Positions 32,053 through 42,344 of a DNA stretch of 64,000 nt are shown here, piece by piece. Origin of the DNA: Acidimicrobiales bacterium (GTDB lineage Bacteria; Actinomycetota; Acidimicrobiia; Acidimicrobiales; Bog-793); contig JBEKYM010000003.1 in NCBI GenBank assembly GCA_049510975.1, forward strand, positions 32,967-96,966, given 5' to 3'. The position numbers and the translations under genes were made by a program. Each line of letters starts with the position of its first letter. The stretch's first letter is position 1. The notes beneath the pieces were generated by a model. That model had not been told where the DNA came from and ran no database searches. It saw only the letters and a list, made by a program, of their open reading frames with translations.

Positions 32053-32358
32053 TCAGCCCTTCAACACGTGGATGTCGTCGGCCGTGGCGCCCACGCGACG
32101 CCGGTAGATCGCCACGATGATCCCGAGCCCGACGACGACCTCGGCAGCGGCGACGACGAGTACGAAGAACACGACCGCCTGCCCGCCCACGTCGTTGAGC
32201 TCACGAGCGAACGTCACAAAGGTGAGATTGGCGGCGTTCAACATGAGCTCGACGCACATGAACATCACGAGGACGTTGCGGCGGATGAGCAGGCCGATGG
32301 CTCCGATGCTGAACATGGCGGCGGCGAGCGTGAGGTACCAGGCGGCGCTGACGGTCAT
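32053..32358 (-). CDS. nuoK: NADH-quinone oxidoreductase subunit K
   Basis: 101 aa with three TM segments. …[16 protein letters not shown]…[17 protein letters not shown]…. Confidence 0.93.
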   Translation of the reverse strand: MTVSAAWYLTLAAAMFSIGAIGLLIRRNVLVMFMCVELMLNAANLTFVTFARELNDVGGQAVVFFVLVVAAAEVVVGLGIIVAIYRRRVGATADDIHVLKG

Positions 32359-33128
32359 GAATCGCTTCCCTTCTCGCGGCTGCCGGCACTCACCCGGGCG
32401 GGACTGGGATCGAGCTCGCCGGCGTCCTCCTCGTCGAGCCCTTCGTCCTCCTCGTCGAAGTCGTCGTCCTCGTCGAAGTCATCATCGTCGTCGAACCCGG
32501 CGTCCTCGCTCTCGGGGTCGTCCGGCTCGTCGCCGGCGAGCGGGTCGTCGGCATCGATGGCGAGCAGCGGGGGCGTGCCGCCCCGCCGGGGGCGTCGGGC
32601 GAGCACGACGGCACCGATGATGGCGATCACGAGCAGCGCCGAGGTGAGCTCGAAGGGCAGGAGGAACGTCGTGAAGATCGACTTGCCGAGCACGTTGACA
32701 TTCGGGGTCGTCCCCTGGTTGAGGCCGCCGGCGCTCGAGTGCGCACCAGTCGGCCACTTCCCGCGGGCGAGCAGCACGACCTCGGCGAGCACGAGGGCGC
32801 CCAGGATGAGGGCCACGAGACGCTGGCCCTTCAGCGGATCGGCGCGGATCGACTCGGCCCGGTCGATGCCGAGCAGCATGATGACGAAGAGGAAGAGCAC
32901 GACGATGGCGCCGGCGTACACGATGACCTGAACGGCAGCCAGGAACTGGGCGTTCTCCTCTACGAAGAGCACCGCCACGCCGAACAGCGTCATCACGAGC
33001 ATGAGGGCCGAGTGCACCGGGTGGGTCGAGACGACGACGCCGAGCGAGCCGACGATGCAGATGGCCGCCGCCACGGCGAAGGTGATCGTGTCCGGCAGCG
33101 ACGGCGTCGCGAGGAGGAAAGCGCTCAC
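32355..33128 (-). CDS. nuoJ: NADH-quinone oxidoreductase subunit J with ~70-aa hyper-acidic C-terminal tail
   Basis: 257 aa. NuoJ core (…[23 protein letters not shown]…) followed by …[38 protein letters not shown]…. Confidence 0.9.
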   Translation of the reverse strand: MSAFLLATPSLPDTITFAVAAAICIVGSLGVVVSTHPVHSALMLVMTLFGVAVLFVEENAQFLAAVQVIVYAGAIVVLFLFVIMLLGIDRAESIRADPLKGQRLVALILGALVLAEVVLLARGKWPTGAHSSAGGLNQGTTPNVNVLGKSIFTTFLLPFELTSALLVIAIIGAVVLARRPRRGGTPPLLAIDADDPLAGDEPDDPESEDAGFDDDDDFDEDDDFDEEDEGLDEEDAGELDPSPARVSAGSREKGSDS

Positions 33129-33133
33129 GATGC

Positions 33134-33814
33134 TCAGCGCGCCGTTCCGCCGAGGCGGCGGGAGATCTTGTCGCGCTCCACGACGCGGACCGAAATGTTG
33201 CCGGTGGCGCCGTCGTCGCGCTGGCCGCTCTGGCCGCCCTCGGGCGGGCGAACGCCGTAACCGAGCTCACCCGACCATTGCACCTCGCCCTCGTAGGCGG
33301 CCGAGCCCGACGGCGACGTGGCGCGCATCCAGCCCGACGTGTGCTCGTCCTCGCCCTTGCGCCAGTCCTCCCAGGGGAGCTGCTGAGGCTTGCCGTCGTC
33401 GGCGACCACGAGCTCGGCCTTGGTGTAGATGGCGTCCGCCCGGTTCGTGAAGGAGAACTCGAACATCTTCGACTCGGTGATGGCCTGTGTCGGGCACGCC
33501 TCGACGCAGAGGTCGCAGTGGATGCAGCGCAAGTAGTTGATCTCGTAGACGAAGCCGAAGCGCTCTCCGGGCGAGACCGGGTCGTCCGGCGGGTTGTCCT
33601 TGCCGCGCACGTAGATGCAGTCGGCCGGGCAGACCGCCGCGCAGAGCTCGCAGCCGATGCATTTCTCCATGCCGTCCTCGTACCGGTTGAGGACGTGGCG
33701 GCCGTGGAGGCGGGGGGGTTTCGGCTGCTTGGCTTTCGGGTACTGGGTCGTGACGCGCGGCTCGAACACCTGCCGGATCGTCACTTTGAAACCGCCGAAC
33801 AGCGGAGGGAGCAT
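33134..33814 (-). CDS. nuoI: NADH-quinone oxidoreductase subunit I (2x[4Fe-4S])
   Basis: 226 aa with two CxxCxxCxxxCP motifs (CIGCELCAAVCP, CIHCDLCVEACP). Confidence 0.94.
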   Translation of the reverse strand: MLPPLFGGFKVTIRQVFEPRVTTQYPKAKQPKPPRLHGRHVLNRYEDGMEKCIGCELCAAVCPADCIYVRGKDNPPDDPVSPGERFGFVYEINYLRCIHCDLCVEACPTQAITESKMFEFSFTNRADAIYTKAELVVADDGKPQQLPWEDWRKGEDEHTSGWMRATSPSGSAAYEGEVQWSGELGYGVRPPEGGQSGQRDDGATGNISVRVVERDKISRRLGGTAR

Positions 33815-35037
33815 CAGAGGTCACCTCCCGGTGCGTCATCGAGGACCGAGCGGGCGAGCACGTCGCGCGGTCCGAGCCGGTAGCGCTCGGCGTCGTCCTC
33901 GGCCGCCAGCAGGTCGCGGCGCCGGCGGCTCACCTCACGCGAGCGCTGCAGGACGAGGTAGACGAGGCCGCAGCCGATCAGGACGGCAATGCCCCACCAG
34001 CGGCTCTCCTCGATGCCGGCGATGACGAGCAGCCAGCCGAGCGAGAGGGGGATGAGGAACTTCCAGCCGAAGTCCATGAGCTGGTCGTAGCGCATGCGCG
34101 GGAGGGCGGCTCGTACCCAGACATAGGCGTAGAGGAAGACGAGGGTCTTGCCGGCGAACCACAGGATCGGCCACAGCCAGCGGGCGAAGTGGAAGCCCGG
34201 ACCGTCGGGACCGCCGAGGAACAGCGTCACGATGACGGCCGACATCGTGATCGTGTTCATGAATTCCGCCAGGAAGAACAAGGCAAAACGCAGCGAGGTG
34301 TACTCGGTGTGGAACCCGCCCACGAGCTCCTGCTCGCCTTCGGAGAGGTCGAAAGGCGGACGCTGCAGTTCGGCGGTGACGGCGACGATGAAGATGACGA
34401 AGGGCACGATGCCCGTGCGGAAGACGTTCCAGTGGAGCACGCTGGAGGCCTGCTCGCCGACGATCGCCCGCGTGGAGAGCGAGTGGCTCTGCAGGATGAC
34501 GGCCACGATCGACAGGCCCATGGCGGCCTCGTAGGAGATCATCTGGGCGCTCGCCCGCACCGAGCCGAGGAGCGGGTACTTCGAGCCCGACGACCAGCCC
34601 GCCAACATCGTGCCGTAGACGGCAATCGACGAGAGGGCGAGGAGGAAGAGGATGCCGATGGGGGGGTCGGCGACCTGGAGCTCGACGGTGTGGTGGGCGA
34701 TCGTGACGATCCCGCCGACGGGCACGATCGTGAAGATCAGCAACGCCGGCAGCAGCGCGAGGTAGGGCGCCAGCTTGTAGACGATCCGGTCGGCCTGGGT
34801 GGGGAGGAGGTCCTCCTTGAAGAAGAGCTTGATGCCGTCCGCCAGGGTCTGGAGGATGCCGTACGGGCCCGCCCGGTTCGGGCCGATGCGGTTCTGCATG
34901 TCCGAGATGACCTTGCGTTCGAACCAGATCATCAACATGACCGAGACGAGGAGCACGACGAAGGCGACGACGACCTTGACGACGGCGATGATGAAGACGC
35001 CGAGATCGACGCCGTGGAGGAAGAGGGGATCGCCCAT
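33814..35037 (-). CDS. nuoH: NADH-quinone oxidoreductase subunit H
   Basis: 407 aa. …ISDMQNRIGPNRAGPYGILQTLADGIKLFFKED…RPPFDLSEGEQELVGGFHTEYTSLRFALFFLAEF…. Confidence 0.94.
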   Translation of the reverse strand: MGDPLFLHGVDLGVFIIAVVKVVVAFVVLLVSVMLMIWFERKVISDMQNRIGPNRAGPYGILQTLADGIKLFFKEDLLPTQADRIVYKLAPYLALLPALLIFTIVPVGGIVTIAHHTVELQVADPPIGILFLLALSSIAVYGTMLAGWSSGSKYPLLGSVRASAQMISYEAAMGLSIVAVILQSHSLSTRAIVGEQASSVLHWNVFRTGIVPFVIFIVAVTAELQRPPFDLSEGEQELVGGFHTEYTSLRFALFFLAEFMNTITMSAVIVTLFLGGPDGPGFHFARWLWPILWFAGKTLVFLYAYVWVRAALPRMRYDQLMDFGWKFLIPLSLGWLLVIAGIEESRWWGIAVLIGCGLVYLVLQRSREVSRRRRDLLAAEDDAERYRLGPRDVLARSVLDDAPGGDL

Positions 35038-37799
35038 TACGCCAGCGTCTCCACTCGGACCTGGGACACGATCGAGGCCGAGTCGAGCAAGTCGGCCACG
35101 CTCGGCTGGTCGACGGGCACGACGGCGAAGGCGAGCACGGCCACGCCTGCCGGCAGGCTGTCGTCGGCCACGACGGGCACGACGAGCTCGCCCGTGAGCG
35201 ACCGCACGCGCACGTCGTCACCTTCGTGGACGCCGAGCTGCTCGATCTCTTTGTTGCGCAGGCGGATTGCCTGGCTCGGTACGAGCGGTGCGAGCGACGG
35301 TGCCGCCTGCACGAGGGTGCCGTGGTCGTAGAGCGACCGCCGCGTCACGAGCCGGAAGGCGTAGCCGTCGGGCGGGGGCGATGGCGGGGCGTCGAACTGC
35401 ACCGCCGCCAGTTTCATGAGCGAGGGGCGGAGCGGGATGCCGGCGCCTGAGCCGTGAGCTTCGGCTGAGCCGCCGGCGGTGCCTGAGCCCTGCGCGTCGG
35501 CTGGGCCGGCGGCGGTGCCGGCGTCGTCTGTTGCGGCCGGGTCGTCGGGGGCGGCGACGGCGCCGGCGTACAGCGGGGCGCCCTGCTCGTCCACCGAGGT
35601 GATGCCCGGCGTCGCCATGGGGTCGATCCGCTGCACGATGCGGGGGGCGACGGTCGTCGCCCGCACGGGGACGACGATCCCGTCGGTGGCGCCATGGCTG
35701 AGGAGGGCGGTGAGGGTGCACCCCCGGTGCGCCGGCGACAGCCGCTCGATCTCCTCCCAGATGCCGTCCACGCTCTCGAGGCCGAGGTCGCGCCCGAGCA
35801 GCTCGGCGATCTCGACGGCGATCATCCAGTCCGGCCGGGCCTGGCCCGGCGGGACGACTTTCTGGGCGAGGCGGCTGATGCGGCCTTCGAGGTTCGTCGT
35901 CGAGCCCGCCCGCTCGATGGAGGTGGCCGCCGGCAGGACGACGTCGGCGAGCTGGGTGGACGGGCTGGCAATGGCGTCGACGGCGACGATGAAGGGCACT
36001 TGCTCGAGGGCTCGGGTAGCGAGCCGGCGGTCGGGGAAGTCCGAGAGCGGGTCGGCGCCGAGGAGCACGAGCGTGCCGATCTCGCCGTTGCCGGCGGCCT
36101 CGAGCATGCCGGCCGTGTCGAGGCCGGCGAATTCCGGCAACGAGCCCCAGTGCGACTCGTACCAGTCGCGCCCGTCTTCCAGGCTGACGCGCCCGGGCAG
36201 GAGGCCGGGGGCGAGGCCCATGTCGAGGGCGCCGGCGACGTTGGACCGCCGCAGTGCCGGGAGGAACGTGACGCCGGGCCACGCCGCCGCGATCACGCCG
36301 GCCGCTTCGGCCACCTGCAGTGCCGACTCGGCGAGGGACGGGCGGCCGAGGACGACGACGATGCCGCTCCCGTCCGCTGCGCTCTCGAGGGCCGCCGCCA
36401 GCAGGCCGTGAGCCCGCCCGAGGCTCTCGACCCCGACACCGGGCGCTTCGCCCGAGCCGCCGGCGGTGCCCGTGCCCGACGCGCCGGCACCGGCGCCGGC
36501 GGACACGAGGTTGCGGGCGAGGGCGACGGTCTCGCCCGGCCGGTAACGAAGGGCGACGGCAGCCACCTCGGCCAGCGCGGTCGGGACGGGAGCGCACTCG
36601 ATGATCTGCAGGCCGTCGTTGGCGGCGGCCGACCGCAGCCGCAGGTGCAGCACCGGCAGCTCCTCGCGGAGGTCGCCGGCGAGGACGATGACGACCTTGG
36701 CGGCGCACGTGCCGGCGATCGTGGCGCGCGGCAGGGCTGCCACGAGCTCGGCCGGCAGGCCGTCGCCGAGCTGGGCGTCGACGTGGTCGGTGCCGATGAC
36801 GCTGCGGGCGAGCTTCGACCAGGCGTAGGCGTCCTCGTTGGCGAGGCGGGCGCCACCGATGATGCCGACGGTCGACCCGGCGACGCCGCTCAGGCGCTCG
36901 GCGACGCTTCGCAGCGCCTCGTTCCAGCCGACCGGGACGAGCTCGCCGTCGCGTCGCACGAGCGGCGTCGTCAAGCGGCTCGGGCTCGAGTTCGCCTCGA
37001 AGCCGTACCGTCCGCGATCGCACAGCCAGCTCTGGTTGACGGGCTCGGAGTCGACGCCGAGGTAGCGGACGAGGCTTCCGGCGGACGACTGCGCCGCCAC
37101 CCGGCAGCCGACGGCGCAGTACGTGCACGTCGTCTCGACCTGTTCGAGATCCCACGGCCGCGACTTGAAGCGGTAGGGCACCGAGGTGAGCGCACCGACC
37201 GGGCAGATCTGCACGGTGTTGCCGCTGAAGTACGACGTGAAGGGATGCTCGGGGAAGACGGCGACTTCGATGCGATCGCCCCGGCCGTAGAAGTCGATGA
37301 GCGGCTCGCCGGCCACTTCCTCGGCGAAGCGGGTGCACCGGGCGCACTGGATGCAGCGCTCACGGTCGAGCAGCGTGAGGGGGCCGAGGGCGATGGGCTT
37401 GGCCCAGTGGCGCTTCTCCTCGTCGAAGCGGCTCTCGCCCGGGCCGTGCGAGACCGACTGGTCCTGCAGCGGGCACTCGCCGCCCTTGTCGCACACGGGG
37501 CAGTCGAGCGGGTGGTTGACGAGGAGAAACTCGAGGACGCCCTCTTGGGCTTTGCGGGCCGCCGGCGACTCGGTGGAGATCTCCTGGCCTTCTGCGACCG
37601 ACACGAAACACGCCGGCTGCAAGCTCGCCCCCCGCGGACCGGAGATCTCGACGAGGCACATGCGGCACATGCCGACGGGTGCCATGCGGGGGTGGTAACA
37701 GAAGCGCGGGATGTAGACGCCGGCGCGTTCGGCCGCTTCGATGACGAGCTCGCCGTCGCTCGCCTGCACGTGGCGGCCGTCGAGGACGATCTCAGGCAT
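35037..37799 (-). CDS. nuoG: NADH-quinone oxidoreductase subunit G
   Basis: 920 aa. N-terminal 2Fe-2S/4Fe-4S cysteine clusters (…CYHPRMAPVGMCRMCLVE…, …HPLDCPVCDKGGECPLQD…, …CIQCARCTRF…) plus a molybdopterin-like domain. Confidence 0.94.
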   Translation of the reverse strand: MPEIVLDGRHVQASDGELVIEAAERAGVYIPRFCYHPRMAPVGMCRMCLVEISGPRGASLQPACFVSVAEGQEISTESPAARKAQEGVLEFLLVNHPLDCPVCDKGGECPLQDQSVSHGPGESRFDEEKRHWAKPIALGPLTLLDRERCIQCARCTRFAEEVAGEPLIDFYGRGDRIEVAVFPEHPFTSYFSGNTVQICPVGALTSVPYRFKSRPWDLEQVETTCTYCAVGCRVAAQSSAGSLVRYLGVDSEPVNQSWLCDRGRYGFEANSSPSRLTTPLVRRDGELVPVGWNEALRSVAERLSGVAGSTVGIIGGARLANEDAYAWSKLARSVIGTDHVDAQLGDGLPAELVAALPRATIAGTCAAKVVIVLAGDLREELPVLHLRLRSAAANDGLQIIECAPVPTALAEVAAVALRYRPGETVALARNLVSAGAGAGASGTGTAGGSGEAPGVGVESLGRAHGLLAAALESAADGSGIVVVLGRPSLAESALQVAEAAGVIAAAWPGVTFLPALRRSNVAGALDMGLAPGLLPGRVSLEDGRDWYESHWGSLPEFAGLDTAGMLEAAGNGEIGTLVLLGADPLSDFPDRRLATRALEQVPFIVAVDAIASPSTQLADVVLPAATSIERAGSTTNLEGRISRLAQKVVPPGQARPDWMIAVEIAELLGRDLGLESVDGIWEEIERLSPAHRGCTLTALLSHGATDGIVVPVRATTVAPRIVQRIDPMATPGITSVDEQGAPLYAGAVAAPDDPAATDDAGTAAGPADAQGSGTAGGSAEAHGSGAGIPLRPSLMKLAAVQFDAPPSPPPDGYAFRLVTRRSLYDHGTLVQAAPSLAPLVPSQAIRLRNKEIEQLGVHEGDDVRVRSLTGELVVPVVADDSLPAGVAVLAFAVVPVDQPSVADLLDSASIVSQVRVETLA

Positions 37800-39114
37800 G
37801 CCGCACCTCGTCGGGCGGCATGGGGCAGCCGCCTTCCTTCACGTGCAGGAGGAACTCGTCGCGAAAGCGGGTGATGCCCGAGACGATGGGCGACGGGATG
37901 GAGGGGCCGAGGGGGCAGATCGTGGTCTGTTTCGGCGGCCAGCCGAGGCCGGGGGCGATGTTGTCGCACAAGTCCATGAGCAGGTCGAGGTCCTCTTCCC
38001 GCCCATATCCGTCCTCGATGCGGCGCATGACCTTCTCCGCCCAGCCGCTGCCCTCACGGCAGGGCGTGCACTGCCCGCAGGACTCGCGGGCGAAAAAGCG
38101 CGTGATCCGCCAGGCGGCCCGCACGACGCAGGTCGTGTCGTCCATCACGACGATGGAGCCGGAACCGAGCATGGATCCCGCCTTGCCGACGGCGTCCTGG
38201 TCGAGGCCCATGTCGAGGTGCTCCGGGTAGAACCAGGGCGAGGAGGCGCCGCCGGGGATGAAGGCCTTCAGCTCGCGCCCGTCCCGCACGCCGCCGCCGA
38301 GGGACGGGTCGTAGATGAGGTCGCGGAACGTCGTCTTCGACATCTCGATCTCGTACCAGCCTGGGTGCTCGACGTGGCCCGAGAGGGCGAACAGGCGCGT
38401 GCCGGCGGACGAGCCCTGCCCGAGGGCGGCAAAGGCCGCCCCGCCGTTGAGGACGATCCAGGGCAGGTTCGCCATCGTCTCGACGTTGTTCACGATCGTC
38501 GGCTCGCCGTAGAGCCCCATGACGGCGGGGAAGTAGGGGGGCTTGATGCGCGGGAACCCGCGCTTGCCTTCGAGGCTCTCGAGCAGCCCCGTCTCGTCGC
38601 CGCAGATGTAGGCGCCGGCACCCGGGTGGATGACGAGGTCGACCGAGTAACCCGACCCGAAGATGTCGCCCCCGATGGCGCCGTACTCGTAGGCCTCGTT
38701 GCAGGCCTGCAGCAGGCGCTCGTAGCCGAGGGCGAACTCGCCGCGGCAGAACAGGAAGGCAGCCGTCGCCCCGATGGCGTAGGCGGCGATGATGGCGCCC
38801 TCGATGATCTGGTGCGGGTCCCGCTCGATGAGCATGTGGTCCTTGAACGTGGCGGGCTCGCTCTCGTCGCCGTTGATGACGAGGTAGGTCACGTCCGAGG
38901 GGCGTTTCATCGACCATTTCCGGCCCGCAGGAAAGCCCGCCCCGCCCCGCCCGAGCAGGCTGGCGGTGTTGACCTCGTCGTGCACCTGCTCGGGGGTCAT
39001 CGAGAGCGCCTTTTTGAGCCCGTCGTAGCCGCCCGTGGCAAGGAAGCGGTCGAAGGTATAGGAGTCGTCGTAGTCCATCCGGGACGTGACGATGCGGGGG
39101 TGGCTCGTGATCAC
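37792..39114 (-). CDS. nuoF: NADH-quinone oxidoreductase subunit F
   Basis: …GLLGRGGAGFPAGRKW…YLVINGDESEPATFKD…ESCGQCTPCREG… Start set to GTG 39114, overlapping the nuoE stop as GTGA. The track ORF extends to 39348 inside nuoE. Confidence 0.92.
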   Translation of the reverse strand: MITSHPRIVTSRMDYDDSYTFDRFLATGGYDGLKKALSMTPEQVHDEVNTASLLGRGGAGFPAGRKWSMKRPSDVTYLVINGDESEPATFKDHMLIERDPHQIIEGAIIAAYAIGATAAFLFCRGEFALGYERLLQACNEAYEYGAIGGDIFGSGYSVDLVIHPGAGAYICGDETGLLESLEGKRGFPRIKPPYFPAVMGLYGEPTIVNNVETMANLPWIVLNGGAAFAALGQGSSAGTRLFALSGHVEHPGWYEIEMSKTTFRDLIYDPSLGGGVRDGRELKAFIPGGASSPWFYPEHLDMGLDQDAVGKAGSMLGSGSIVVMDDTTCVVRAAWRITRFFARESCGQCTPCREGSGWAEKVMRRIEDGYGREEDLDLLMDLCDNIAPGLGWPPKQTTICPLGPSIPSPIVSGITRFRDEFLLHVKEGGCPMPPDEVRHA

Positions 39115-39746
39115 GTCCCGCTCCTCGCCCGGCTGCCGTTCGGCGGGGTGTCGCCGGCATCGCCGGCGGCGGCCGCTTTGGCGGCTTTGGCCGCCTTGGC
39201 CGGCAGGCCGACGGCGCGGCTCACGCGATTCAACACGCCGTGCGGCGGCACGGTGTCGGCCAGGTGGCCGGCGGCCAGGTCGTCCACGAGCTGGTCGAAG
39301 GCCTCCTCGTCGATGGGACCGAAGAAACGGTGGTTCACCTGCACGCACACGGCCTTGTCACAACCGGCGAGGCACTCGGCCTCCTCCAGGGTGAACAGCT
39401 CGTCGTGGGTCGTCTGCCCGACGCGGATGCCGAGGCGCTCCTCGGCGTGCGAGAGGACTTCGTAGGCGCCCGCCAGCATGCAGGCGATGTTCGTGCAGAC
39501 GGCAAAGACGTACCGGCCGACGGGCTCGGTGTGGAGCATGTCGTAGAAGCTCGCCGTCCCTCGCACCTCCGCCGGCGAGCACCCGACGAGCTTGGCGATG
39601 TCCTCCATCGAGGCCTCGGTGAGGTAGCCGTGCTGGGACTGTGCGAGGTGGCACAAGGGGACGAGGGCGGAACGCGCCTGCGGGTAGAGGGCCACGATCG
39701 CTTCGGCGCGGGCGCGGTTCTCGGCGCTCAGGCCTCCATCTGGCAT
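39111..39746 (-). CDS. nuoE: NADH-quinone oxidoreductase subunit E
   Basis: This is the last 211 codons of track ORF 39111..41081: MPDGGLSAENRARAEAIVALYPQARSALVPLCHLAQ…FAVCTNIACML…LAGCDKAVCVQVN… ATG 39746 shares 1 nt with the nuoD stop. Confidence 0.92.
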   Translation of the reverse strand: MPDGGLSAENRARAEAIVALYPQARSALVPLCHLAQSQHGYLTEASMEDIAKLVGCSPAEVRGTASFYDMLHTEPVGRYVFAVCTNIACMLAGAYEVLSHAEERLGIRVGQTTHDELFTLEEAECLAGCDKAVCVQVNHRFFGPIDEEAFDQLVDDLAAGHLADTVPPHGVLNRVSRAVGLPAKAAKAAKAAAAGDAGDTPPNGSRARSGT

Positions 39747-41125
39747 CAGCGGTCCACCTCCCCCATGACGGGGTCGACCGAGGAGATGACGGCGATGGCA
39801 TCGGCGATGAGACCGCCCCGCAGCAACGCCGGCAGCGACTGCAGGTTGACGAAGCTCGGCGCCCGCACGTGCAGGCGGTACGGCTTGTTGGTGCCGTCGG
39901 AGACGAGGTAGCAGCCGAGCTCGCCCCGGGGTGACTCGACAGCGGTGTACACCTCGCCGGCAGGCACCTCGAAACCCCTCGTGAAGATCTTGAAGTGATG
40001 GATGAGGGCCTCCATCGACTCGTCGATGCGCGCCCGCGGCGGCGGCGTGACTTTCTTGTCCTGGCTGCGGTAGTCGCCGGGGGGCAGTTTCTCGAGGATC
40101 TGGGCGACGATCCGGCACGACTCGCGTATCTCGTTCAACCGCACGGCGTAGCGGTCGAACGTGTCGCCGACGGTGCCGGCGATGACGTCGAAGTCGACCT
40201 GGTCGTAGTACAGGTACGGCATCGCCTGGCGGAGATCCCAGGCCACGCCTGAGGCTCGCAGGATGGGACCGGTGGCGCCGAGGGCGAGGGCCACTTCCGG
40301 CGAGATGATCCCGACGCCCTCGCAGCGCTCCCGGAAGATCGGCTGCCCGGTGATCAGCTCGTCGTACTCGTCGATGCGACCCGGGATGGTGTCGATGATG
40401 GCGGCAACATCGTCTTCCCAGCCGTCGGGCAGGTCGGCGGCCACGCCGCCGACGCGGATGTAGTCGTGGTTCATCCGCAGCCCGGTCGTCTTCTCGAAGA
40501 ACGTGAGGATCATCTCCCGCTCGCGAAAGCCGTAGATCATCATCGAGGTGGAGGCGAGATCCATGCCGTTCGTCGCCGTCCACATGACGTGGGAGGAGAT
40601 GCGGTTGAGCTCGCACATGAGCATCCGGATCCACGTCGCTCGCGGCGGGATGTCGATGTCGAGCAACTCCTCGGCCGCAAGGGCGTAGACGAGCTCGTTG
40701 TGCAGCGGCGAGAGGTAGTCCATGCGGGTGACGTTCGTCGCCCCCTGCACGTAGGTGAGCTCTTCGCCCGTCTTCTCCATGCCGGTGTGCAGGTAACCGA
40801 TGACGGGTTTCGAGCGGAGAACCGTCTCGCCTTCGAGCTCCATCATGATCCGCAGCACGCCGTGGGTCGAAGGGTGCTGCGGACCCATGTTGATGATCAT
40901 CGTCTCGTCCTCGCCGAACTCGACGTCGATGTCGTTCGGGTCGAGGACGAGCCCTTCGGGCAGGCGCAGAACGGCCGAATCGTGCTGGGCCCAGTCGGGC
41001 TGGCCCGTGCCGGCGGCGGTGTCCATGTCGGCGTCGTTCGGGCCGGCGTCCGGAGCGACGGTCTCGTCGGGCTCGTCCCACTCGGGCTGTTCGTTCGGCT
41101 GGCTGGCTTCGACAGCTTCGGTCAT
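39746..41125 (-). CDS. nuoD: NADH-quinone oxidoreductase subunit D
   Basis: …MIINMGPQHPSTHGVLRIMMELEGE…HTGMEKTGE…SVDPVMGEVDR. Start set to ATG 41125 (MTEAVEAS…), overlapping the nuoC stop as ATGA. Confidence 0.92.
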   Translation of the reverse strand: MTEAVEASQPNEQPEWDEPDETVAPDAGPNDADMDTAAGTGQPDWAQHDSAVLRLPEGLVLDPNDIDVEFGEDETMIINMGPQHPSTHGVLRIMMELEGETVLRSKPVIGYLHTGMEKTGEELTYVQGATNVTRMDYLSPLHNELVYALAAEELLDIDIPPRATWIRMLMCELNRISSHVMWTATNGMDLASTSMMIYGFREREMILTFFEKTTGLRMNHDYIRVGGVAADLPDGWEDDVAAIIDTIPGRIDEYDELITGQPIFRERCEGVGIISPEVALALGATGPILRASGVAWDLRQAMPYLYYDQVDFDVIAGTVGDTFDRYAVRLNEIRESCRIVAQILEKLPPGDYRSQDKKVTPPPRARIDESMEALIHHFKIFTRGFEVPAGEVYTAVESPRGELGCYLVSDGTNKPYRLHVRAPSFVNLQSLPALLRGGLIADAIAVISSVDPVMGEVDR

Positions 41126-41760
41126 CGGGGTCCCGGCGCTTCCTTGAACTGCACGGGAACGCGCCCCACGCTGTAGTCCTTGCGCAGCGGGTGGCCCTCC
41201 CAGTCGTCGGGCATGAGGATGCGGGTCATGTCCGGGTGGTTGTCGAAGGCGATCCCGTACATGTCGTAGGCCTCGCGCTCCATCGCCTCGGTGCCGGGGT
41301 AGACACCGAAGAGGGTGGGCAGCCGCGGATCGCTCTCTGGCACTTGCACGCGGACCCGCAGGCGGCGAAAGCGAGTCAGCGACGTGAGGTTGACGACGAC
41401 TTCGAAGCGCTCCGGGTCGATCCCCTCCGGCAGCTGCCGGTCGAGGTGCTCGAGGTAGTCGACGGCGCACAGGTCCGAGCAGAGCGCGAACGAGTCGTCC
41501 CGAAGCGCCCGCACGACGCCCACGTAGTCATCCCGGTCCGGGTGCACGACCAGCTGGCCGCGCACGTCGGCATGCGGCACTCCCGCCAGCGCCGGCAACG
41601 ACAGCAGATCCGCCAGGGCCGGGTCTGTGCTGGTCCCGCCGGCCGGGCCGGCCGGCGCCTCCGGGTTCGCCGGCGCGCCCGGGCCGGCCTGGGCGCCTGG
41701 GTTCGGCGGCGCCTCCGGGTTCGGCGGCGCGGCCGTGGAGACGGAGGCGTCCGGGCTCAT
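41122..41760 (-). CDS. nuoC: NADH-quinone oxidoreductase subunit C
   Basis: …[20 protein letters not shown]…[24 protein letters not shown]…[17 protein letters not shown]… Start set to ATG 41760, overlapping the nuoB stop. Confidence 0.9.
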   Translation of the reverse strand: MSPDASVSTAAPPNPEAPPNPGAQAGPGAPANPEAPAGPAGGTSTDPALADLLSLPALAGVPHADVRGQLVVHPDRDDYVGVVRALRDDSFALCSDLCAVDYLEHLDRQLPEGIDPERFEVVVNLTSLTRFRRLRVRVQVPESDPRLPTLFGVYPGTEAMEREAYDMYGIAFDNHPDMTRILMPDDWEGHPLRKDYSVGRVPVQFKEAPGPR

Positions 41761-42326
41761 TTCGGCGTACCCAGGTGCACGGGCGACTGCTGGGGCTGCA
41801 CCCATCCGGGCACGGGCTCACCGATGCGGATGCCCTCGCCGATGCCGGCCTCGGGCCGCCTCGTCAGCTCTCCGGTGCGGATCTTCTCGTGCAGGGTCAA
41901 GATGGCGTGCATGAGGGTCTGAGGGCTCGGTGGGCACCCGGGGGCATAGACGTCGACCGGAACGATCTGGTCGACGCCCTGCACGATGGCGTAGTTGTTG
42001 AACATGCCACCGCTGGAGGCGCACACGCCCATCGAGATGACCCACTTCGGCTCGACCATCTGGTCGTAGACGTGGCGGAGCACCGGTGCCATCTTCTGCG
42101 AGACGCGCCCGGCCACGATCATGAGATCGGCTTGGCGAGGCGAGGCCCGGAAGACCTCCATGCCAAAACGTGCCAAGTCGAAGTCCGCCGCCCCCGCCGC
42201 CATCATCTCGATGGCGCAGCAGGCCAGACCGAAAGTCGCCGGCCACACGCTCGATCGCCTCGCCCATTTGACGAGATCCTCGATACGGCCGGTGAGGAAG
42301 TTGTGCTGGAGATCCTCCAGTCCCAT
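41757..42326 (-). CDS. nuoB: NADH-quinone oxidoreductase subunit B
   Basis: 189 aa. …[17 protein letters not shown]…[20 protein letters not shown]…[18 protein letters not shown]…[10 protein letters not shown]…. Confidence 0.95.
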   Translation of the reverse strand: MGLEDLQHNFLTGRIEDLVKWARRSSVWPATFGLACCAIEMMAAGAADFDLARFGMEVFRASPRQADLMIVAGRVSQKMAPVLRHVYDQMVEPKWVISMGVCASSGGMFNNYAIVQGVDQIVPVDVYAPGCPPSPQTLMHAILTLHEKIRTGELTRRPEAGIGEGIRIGEPVPGWVQPQQSPVHLGTPK

Positions 42327-42344
42327 GGTCGCCGCTCCCCCGCC